Of a stretch of 64,000 nt of DNA, positions 49,612 to 64,000 are shown in pieces. The first letter of the stretch is position 1. Every line of letters starts with the position of its first letter. The notes under the pieces are model-generated. The model saw only the letters and a list, made by a program, of their open reading frames with translations, was not told the DNA's origin and made no database searches. The stretch comes from the human T2T-CHM13v2.0 reference genome, Homo sapiens, in NCBI RefSeq assembly GCF_009914755.1, contig NC_060936.1. One strand, given 5' to 3'. The position numbers and the translations under genes were made by a program.

Positions 49612-49926
49612 TAAGAGCTTTGCTTTGGATGTTGACAATAAATTTCTAGGAAGGTTAAAACATATGCATATGTAATCCACAGCCGTTATCAGTAATGACT
49701 GCATTGACATCAATAAATTTCTCATATTGACATCATAAATGTCTTTACTGACATCATAAATTTCTCAAACAGTAACTTTACTGGGTTGTGGGAAGCCCGG
49801 ATCTTAGGGTACTACCTGGGGTTGGGGGTGATTTGTCTCACCATAGTAGAAAATCTGGAGGGTGTAGCGTGCTTGGAAGCAGGGGAAGAGGCACCAAAAG
49901 AAGAGGTGAGAAGACAACCAAAATAA

Positions 49927-50230
<304 letters not shown>

Positions 50231-50284
50231 ATGAATCCTTCACAATTTTATTTATACTTTGAGAATAAGAGTTATGCAAGCTGG

Positions 50285-50575
<291 letters not shown>

Positions 50576-50580
50576 CCCCA

Positions 50581-50581
<1 letters not shown>

Positions 50582-50635
<54 letters not shown>
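50582..50635. repeat. (CA)27 microsatellite
   Basis: Perfect dinucleotide run. Confidence 0.97.
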
Positions 50636-50638
<3 letters not shown>

Positions 50639-50823
50639 TTATGCAGATTTCAACAGAAAAGAAGCTTGCCTATGTGCTCTATGAGGTCAGACTTTGCCTA
50701 TTAAGAGATTTCATAAGGTAATAATACCTTGGAGAATTTGTCATCAATAACAAGATTCAACATTTATATAGTAGTTGTTATGTGCCTGGCCATGGTCTGA
50801 AAGTCTTAGAAATCTGATTTTGG

Positions 50824-51288
<465 letters not shown>

Positions 51289-51414
51289 GTAGAATGACCA
51301 TATGATCTGGCTATTCTACTTCTGAGTATAAAACCAATAGAAAGCAGGACTCAAGAGATATCTGAACACCCATGTTCATAGCTGTATTGTTCACACTAGT
51401 CAAAACGTAGAAGC

Positions 51415-51756
<342 letters not shown>

Positions 51757-52017
51757 CTACGATATACACATACAATGGAATACTATTTAGTCTTAAAAAG
51801 GAAGGAAATTCTGACATATGCTGCAATATGGTTGAACCTCTAGGACATTATGCTAATTGAAATAAGCCAGTCACAAAAGGGCAAATACTGTATAATTCCA
51901 CTTATATATGAAGTACCTAGACTCAAATTCCTAGAGACAGAAAGTAGAATGGTGGTTGTCAGGGCTGGAGGGAAAAGGAAAAGGGGAGTTACTGTTTAAT
52001 GGGGACAGAATTTCAGG

Positions 52018-52393
<376 letters not shown>

Positions 52394-52439
52394 TGAATAT
52401 CCCTAACTAATGAACTACACCTAAAAATGGTTAAGATGG

Positions 52440-53494
<1,055 letters not shown>

Positions 53495-53630
53495 TCTCTA
53501 TGATGACTTATGCCTTTTGTTTTTTGTTTTCAAACCTGAGCTGTTTTCACAAGGCCAATACATCAGCTCCTATATTTGCCCTCATATTGTAGTGTAACCG
53601 GTTTGTCCTGTTGAATTTCATCCAGTATGA

Positions 53631-54047
<417 letters not shown>

Positions 54048-54745
54048 TAAAAGAACAGACTTTCAATCAAGTTTCATGGTTGATAAACAAAGCAATTGGA
54101 TATTGGGTTGACATTAACTTTGACAATTTTAACATACTTGTTTTTTTTAGATCTGCAAGAAATACATCTACCAGCTGGGTGCAGTTGAACAAAATCATTA
54201 CAGGATTAGCAGTTTTCTGACCCACTTACTAAAAAGAAGCTGAATCACTGAATCGAGACCCCAGGGAAATGCAGATTTATACCTTTGATGTATTTCTTGA
54301 TTTTTCTTAAATTAAATTCTATAATCAGTTTTTGAGTCTTTGCCATCTTTCTTTTAATTGGGTGATTTCATATGTCTTCTTGAATATAAGCCTTTTCAAA
54401 GTTTTGATTTTCTGTAAATGCAAATGCATAATAAAACATACATATAGCTTTGTTCTATGCAATTATTTTCTAAACCCATCAGGAAGGCCTGCTTCTTTCC
54501 ATCATCCCTTCCTTTATTAGATAGGGAGTGGGTGGGAGAAGTTGGCTGTCAGGAAAAGGAGTCCCATGCACTTTGATGTAGATGGGAGTTGAGGAAAATG
54601 GGGAAATGGTCACTTGATCCACAGGCACAGAACCCTGTTCAGTTCCCTGTCCCACTGCCAGATCTACCCCAATGGTTTTCCAAACATGGGACGATCTTCC
54701 TCCTCCTGTCAAGTGTTCTCATTTCTTCTCCTGCATCAATTGTAG

Positions 54746-55066
<321 letters not shown>

Positions 55067-55109
55067 TGAGAGGTCCTTGGCCATAGCCAAATCAAAGGGC
55101 CTAATTATC

Positions 55110-55490
55110 TGATTCTTGCTATTTTTCCAGTTTTCCTGTTTCTGGCAAGACACCATCATTCTGTTTGTTGTCCACATTGGTAACCTCAGAGGCATCTCTG
55201 AATCCTCCTTTTTCTTCATTCTCACTCTCTAATAGCTGATCAGACTCCAAATTTAGCAATTATTTCTCTTGTTTATAACATCTCTGACCTCTGTCTTCCA
55301 TTCCATCAGAACTTCCATATAGATTCTTCCAGCAGTATTGTAATTGTTCTCCCCGACTCCTGACTCTCACCTTGAATCTATCTTTCACACCAGTGCCAGG
55401 TTAGTCTTCCTGAAGTACAGATTTATTCAGATTTCCTCACAGTTTCAACATGTCCAGTGGCTCCCCATTGTATCTAGCACTGTCTCCCTT
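55110..55490 (+). mobile_element. L2 fragment
   Basis: CACCATCATTC..AATCTATCTTTCACACCAGTGCCAG..CCAGTGGCTCCCCATTG. Confidence 0.55.
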
Positions 55491-55504
55491 CTCTGAATTT
55501 TTGA

Positions 55505-56310
<806 letters not shown>

Positions 56311-56635
56311 TTCTGGTTTATGTTTTCTATTGTTTATTAAGTTATAAACATTTTGAGGGTAAGGATCACAGCGTATACATATATGTTTCCCCCACATAAT
56401 CTCCAACTTATCACATAATAGCCTCTATGCGATAAATGTTTTGTATGAGTATAGAGGTTAACACAAACCATGTGGACCATATTAATATGTAACAAATCTG
56501 GTATTCTGAGATCAAGAGTTTTTGTTGGTTTTTTGTCTTTAACATCTTATTGAGTAAACTCTGACTGTGTCTTAGCAATGTACTAAGTGCTTTAGACACA
56601 TTATTCGTTCATTATAAAAATGTATCAAGTTCCTA

Positions 56636-56843
56636 CAAGCCTGGAAAACATGGTGAACCCCATCTCTACTAAAAATACAAAAATTAGCTGGGTGTGATGG
56701 CGCCTGTCTCTAGTACCAGCTACTCAAGAGGCTGAGGTGGGGAGCATTGCTTGAGCCTGGTAGGCAGAGGTTGCAGCAAACAATGATTGTGTCACTGCAC
56801 TCCAGCCTAGATGGCAGAGTAAGACTCTATCTCAAAAAAAAAA
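56636..56843 (+). mobile_element. Alu, 5'-truncated
   Basis: TSD GTATCAAGTTCCTA. Confidence 0.92.
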
Positions 56844-57033
56844 GTATCAAGTTCCTATCATATGTTAGGAACTGTGCTGGGCCTTAAGACCCACTAGTAA
56901 CAAAATTATTTACTTACATAGTGCATAGAAAGGTTAACTAACTTTCCTAGGGTTATTTTGGCTAGTAACTGAGGGAGCCTTGACTTGAAACCAGAGCTTA
57001 CTCTAGAAACCATGTTCTTAACCACTATATTAA

Positions 57034-57722
<689 letters not shown>

Positions 57723-57892
57723 ATGTTTTCTAAAATTTTCTAAAATCCTGAAATTCTCATATAATGAGATAATAATACCAAACACACACCAACCGTCAAT
57801 TGTGTCTCAATAAATACTGGCCAACTGCCTTGGTAACTATATAATTCAATAGATTTCCTTATAGTTTAGAAACTTTAAAAAATTATTTTGCT

Positions 57893-58864
<972 letters not shown>

Positions 58865-59857
58865 TTAATGGAAAAATTAACTATTAAGATAGTTGCATTA
58901 CACCAACTATCTTTCCAGAACACTTAATATTCACATATATCCCACACCTACACATGTGCCCCCCACACAAACATAGCTACATTTTCTAGGACATGATTAA
59001 ATTTTGACCCTTTAGAAGATGACTATTCCTCTGATCATAGGAAGGCACCAAGAAATCCATAAAGGCTTTTTACATAAAGTGAGAAGTGTAGCAGTAGCAA
59101 TGCTAACACAAACCATGGAAAACAGATTCACGGGACATTTTACCTACCCACCAGCAAAAGTTTTTAGTTATCCTGGAAACTGGATGATATAAAATTTCCA
59201 TAATCAGTGTACTCTGAAATTGACAAAGAACACTAAAGGGAGGAAATTCACTTAAGAAACAGTTTTAGTATGAGCAGTATCAATAGGTATAAATAACTTG
59301 CCTGCCAACAGATTAAACCAGAATGTAATGCGGAAGGAACAAGATATAACAAATGTTTGGCAAATTCTTGAGATGAAATAAAACTAGGAAATGTTTTAAA
59401 ATAGCTCGAGATGAATGATATATGTAGCAAAACACAGCAACAATGTGTTTAGAGCCAAGATCATTGAAAAGAAGCAGGAAAATATGAGCACATAGAAAAT
59501 GAAACCACAAATCTTTCTAGATGTGGGCATTGGAAGAACCAAAAACAGCCAACCTGAGCATAAAGCAGTCATTTTCTGATGAGTTTGGGCAACAGTGACA
59601 GCCAAATCATTATAAGAGGGTAGGGGAGAGTAGAAAGTAATTTAGTCAATGTTGGGAGCAATTGCCTCAAAGCAGAGGAGCTTTTTGGTTATTTATTTGC
59701 CTAAGTGGTATGGCTGTGTTATGGGCTGGTTTTCCAGAAGAGAATCCCTAAAAGCAGCCAAAGCACCCTTGGGCTTGCATCAGAGCCCATCATGCATGTA
59801 ACCCATTTATATCTTTCTCAGGCAACAAACCTCATGGTTAAGTTGTAGAAGCCTGTC

Positions 59858-60495
59858 ATTTTATTTTATTTTATTTTATTTTATTTTATTTATTTGAGAC
59901 AGGGTCTTGCTCTGTCATCCAGGCTAAAGTGCAATAGCGTGATCACAGCTCACTTCAGCGTCAACCTCCCCATACCCACATGATCCTCCCACCTCAGTCT
60001 CCCTAGTAGCTGAGACTATAGGCGTGAGCCACTGTGCTTGACTAATTTTTGGATTTTCTGTAGAGACGGGGTTTCGCCATGTTGCCCAGGCTGGTCTTGA
60101 ACTCCTGGGCTTAAGTGATCCACTCACCTCGACCTCCCAAAGTGCTAGGATTACAGGTGTGAGCCACCACGCCCGGTCAAAGCCTGTCATTCTGTCTTTT
60201 TTTTTTTTTTTTTTTGAGACAGAGTCTTTGTCACCGAAGCTGGAGTGCAGTGGCCCAACCTCGGCTCACTGCCAACTTCCACCTACCACGTTCAGATGAT
60301 TCTCCTGCCTCAGCCTCCCAAGTAGCTAAGACTGAAGGTGCATACCACCACGCCGGCTAATTTCTGTATTTTTAGTAGATATGGGGTTTTTTCATGTTGG
60401 CCAGGCTGGTCTCAAACTCCTGACCTTAAGTGATCTGCCCACCTCAGCTTCCCAAAGTGCTGGGATTACAAGCATAAGCCAATGCGCCTGTCCCG
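59858..60495 (-). mobile_element. Two tandem Alus (59858-60178 AluJ; 60195-60495 AluS)
   Basis: AAGCCTGTCATT occurs three times around them. Confidence 0.94.
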
Positions 60496-60513
60496 AAGCC
60501 TGTCATTTTAAAC

Positions 60514-61029
<516 letters not shown>

Positions 61030-61171
61030 GTTTAGAGCATACAGGGGTGATTACCAGGCCAACTTCATACCGTACAGATAAGGAAGCCAAAGCCTAGGCA
61101 CATTAAATGCCTTGTTCAATTGTACATAGCTACACAGCTGGTTAATGACAGATCTAATTCAGAAAGCCCAG

Positions 61172-61434
61172 ATTGTTTGTTTGTTGGTTGGTTTTTAGAG
61201 ACAGGGTCTCGCTCTGAGACCGAGGCTGGAGTGCAGTGGCGCGATAGTAGCTCACCGCCTCGCTGCATCCTCAAACTCCATGTCTCAGCCTCAGGAGTAG
61301 CTAAGACTATAGGTGGGAGACAGAGGATCTCTCTGTGTTGCTCAGGGTGGTCTCAAACTCCTGGCCTCAAGCGATCTTCCAGCCTCGGCCTCCCAAAGTG
61401 CTGAAATTACAGGAGTGAGCCACTGCACCTGGCC
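61172..61434 (-). mobile_element. AluJ with deletions
   Basis: Degenerate dimer. Confidence 0.88.
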
Positions 61435-61502
61435 TGCCAGGCTCCATTTTAAACATATCTGAAATATTCTTGTCTTAAGACTGACCTTATTAAGTAAGTA
61501 TT

Positions 61503-61822
61503 ACTTCTTCTTCTTCTTCTTCTTCTTATTATTATTATTGGAGACAGGGTCTTGCTCTGTCATCCAGGCTGGAGTGCAGTGGCACACAGCTCACTAAAGC
61601 CTCAACCTCCTGGGCTCAGGTGATCCTCCCACCTCAGCCTCTCCAGTAGCTGAGATGAAACGCACACACCACCATGCCTGGCTAATTTATTTTTTATTTT
61701 TTTGTAGGGACAGGGTTTTGTTATGTTACCCAGGCTGGTCTTGAACTCCTGGGCTCAAGCAATTCACTCACCTCGGCCTCTGAAAGTGTTGGGATTACAG
61801 GTGTGAGCCACCACACCTGGCC
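61503..61822 (-). mobile_element. AluJ
   Basis: Dimer with a (TTC)n(TTA)n tail. Confidence 0.93.
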
Positions 61823-61894
61823 TATCAGGCTTCATTTTTAAGAGCTGTACGTATCTGAAATCTTTCTGTCTTAAGACCAAATTTATCAGGTAAG

Positions 61895-62000
61895 TACTAC
61901 CATTATCCCCATTTTATAAATGAAGAAACTGAGGCATAGAGGTCCAAAGTCATCCAACTCCTAAGTGGCAGAACTAGATGCAGCCCAGGAAGTCTGGCTC
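61895..62000 (-). mobile_element. MIR
   Basis: ATTATCCCCATTTTATAAATGAAGAAACTGAGGCA core. Confidence 0.8.
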
Positions 62001-62589
62001 ATGATCATTAAGGGGAAAGACTGAAGATGCCTAATCAGAAGGGAGGAAAAATGGGTCAGAAGCTGGAAATGACAGTTGTCAGAAAATAACTGGCAGAGGT
62101 AACAGGGCAGCTAGACCTGGGGTATTAGGCAAATCCTTGGGAGAGAGGAGTTCTCATCTGGAAGGGAAAAGTTGGGCAAGGATGTTGGTAGGAAAGGATA
62201 GAAGCTGGAGGAGAGGAAGTTGGGAACTCACACTGTGTATCCATATAGGGACAAGATGAGGCTTCTATTTACCTTCTGAGTAGCAGAGAAGGAACTTCCC
62301 GACATCAGGCAGGGCAGGGTCTCTGCTGAAGACTGACACCGGTGAGCACCAGCCACTGATGTTAACATTTTTCCCCTAAAAACCAACTTGAGAACCACCA
62401 GGGGTATACACACCACATTCTGCAAAATGTTGAGATCACTCCTCTCTAAAAAATATAAAGTGCTTTGGGTAACATTTGATGAATGTCCAAGACTTGTATG
62501 TTTCCACGATTATTTCATAGACAAAATATACAACTTAAAACACGCGTGATCTGCTGGTGCACACAAACACACACATCATAGCTAAATGA

Positions 62590-62786
62590 AAATATCAAGC
62601 ATAGAACAGCTTTATTACACATTTTGCCAGTTCCTCATGTTTCTTCAACACTTGGCTTTTCAAAAACAAATTTTCGAGACGTTTTGTCTTTTACACTTTC
62701 CAGTTTTCACGGACCAAGATGTTAATAAAAGTAAACAACTTGGGGAAATCGGATGAGCGTTGTCATATTTGTAGATATCAGGATCT
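62590..62786 (-). other. Candidate terminal exon of an unidentified minus-strand transcript
   Basis: Branch-like CACTAAG (62822-62816), TTTTTCCTTCTTAG acceptor ending 62787, AATAAA at 62616-62611. Confidence 0.4.
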
Positions 62787-63064
62787 CTAAGAAGGAAAAA
62801 TGTCATGTTTTGCCCTTAGTGATGTAATAGCACTTACGTGGAAATTCACCCATAGTATGTTAAGTATGTAAACTGTACTCATACTCAAGTTTACCAGACT
62901 ATCCAGGTACTAAAACTAACACTAATGCAAATATATTTTAAAGGAATACATAAGTGATAAAAAGTGAAGTGCAGTAGAGTAACTAAGAACAAGTCCATTA
63001 GAGACAGACAGTTCTAAAACACTAGCATCATAGTATCATGTACTAGTATATATTGGTGTAACAC

Positions 63065-63160
63065 ACTACCATTATAGGGTTATTGTGAGGATTAAATGAG
63101 AGAGTGTTACATAAAGGATTTAAGGAGCACAGTGCTAAATGTATTTTAGCTGCTATTGTT
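63065..63160 (+). mobile_element. MIR
   Basis: ATAGGGTTATTGTGAGGATTAAATGAGA core. Confidence 0.65.
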
Positions 63161-63314
63161 CTAGCATGAAGAAGAATAAATTTAATAAGCTTCTTAGAAG
63201 TCTGATGGTTTTCATAACTTGGCTTTAATGAGTTTTAAATCCTGGCACTAATTTCCATATAGGCAGGTATATATTCATTCTGTTACCTCAAGGCTGACCT
63301 AATGGACTTGAATC

Positions 63315-64000
63315 AGCAGTTCCCAGAGTGTGGTGCACCAGCTCCTAAAGGTCCTAGAGTCTTTCAGAGGGCTACCAAGAAAAGAACTATTTTCATAATA
63401 AGTGTAAGGATTATCATTCTAATGTTATTAACAATAGCAAACTAATTTCATAATAATGCTAATCATCTAATACTATTTTTGTTTGTAATTATGTTGACAT
63501 TTGCACTGATGGTGCAAAAGCAATGGTAGGTAACACCACTGATACCTTAGCATGAGTCAAGGCAGTGTTACCCAGCTGTGCTGGTACACATGGTAGTCTT
63601 CACTTTCATGTGCTCATAGAAAAAACAGAAGCTAGTTTTATTAACCAATGTCCCTGACGAAGCAGTACTTCTATTAAGTCCAGAACCTTGAGTGCACATC
63701 TTTTTAATATTTCATGTGATGAAATGGGAAGTACCCACAAAGCACTTCTGCTGTGTACTGAAGTATGATGGTTATCTTGAGGTGAAGCACTTGTACCTCC
63801 GTTTGAGTTGGGAACTAACTAGCCACATTTTTCACGGAACACTGTTTTTACCTGAATGAATGACACAAACTGTGGTATTCAGATTCGGGTATTTGGCAGA
63901 TATTTTCTCAAGAATTAATGAAGTAAGTCTGTTACTTCAAGGAAAACAACTCAAAATATTTGTTACTAATGATAAAACTCAAGCTTAGTAACTTCTCAAT
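63315..64000 (+). mobile_element. Charlie1 (hAT) DNA transposon with decayed transposase; runs off the window
   Basis: Peptides VDICTDGAKAMVG, CDEMGSTHKALLLCTEV*WLS* and GYLADIFSRINEVSLLLQGK. Confidence 0.9.

Noticed and set aside
54151-54335. Plus-strand acceptor TTTTTTTTAG with ATTAAA at 54311 as a last exon
   Set aside because: No supporting upstream plus-strand exons; the minus-strand reading explains more signals. Not fully excluded.
59000-59620. A-rich unique block giving hydrophobic minus-strand ORFs
   Set aside because: Hydrophobicity follows from strand composition; possibly an ancient LINE relic, which I could not assign.
62787-62837. Minus-strand GTAAGT donor pairing with the 62787 acceptor
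   Set aside because: A 51-nt intron is below the usual human minimum.

Overview
Primate (very probably human) genomic DNA that is intergenic or deep intronic and extremely Alu-dense: about 110 Alu copies or fragments by manual count, roughly half of the window. Nearly all ORFs in the supplied track are Alu translation artefacts. The only recognisable gene-derived sequence is a processed RPL35A pseudogene (+, ~38519-38935) with an early frameshift/stop and a poly(A) tail. Most of the rest is nested transposons: THE1 and MLT1 MaLR LTRs, several LTR16-family LTRs, LTR33, LTR8A, an LTR26-like LTR, MER76, a decayed ERV-L internal region with integrase and dUTPase remnants, L1M/L2/MIR fragments, and hAT elements (MER5, MER20, MER119, Charlie1). 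I found no intact protein-coding gene and no convincingly novel system. The best leads are (i) a series of minus-strand splice and poly(A) signals in the unique sequence between 45.6 and 62.8 kb, possibly an lncRNA or decayed gene; (ii) a near-consensus CTCF motif at 17.4 kb; (iii) a probable Alu-Alu recombination deletion that left an antisense Alu in frame with the RPL35A retrocopy; (iv) several unusual insertion and duplication histories. Repeat family names come from recalled consensus sequences, not a database search, and boundaries are approximate.
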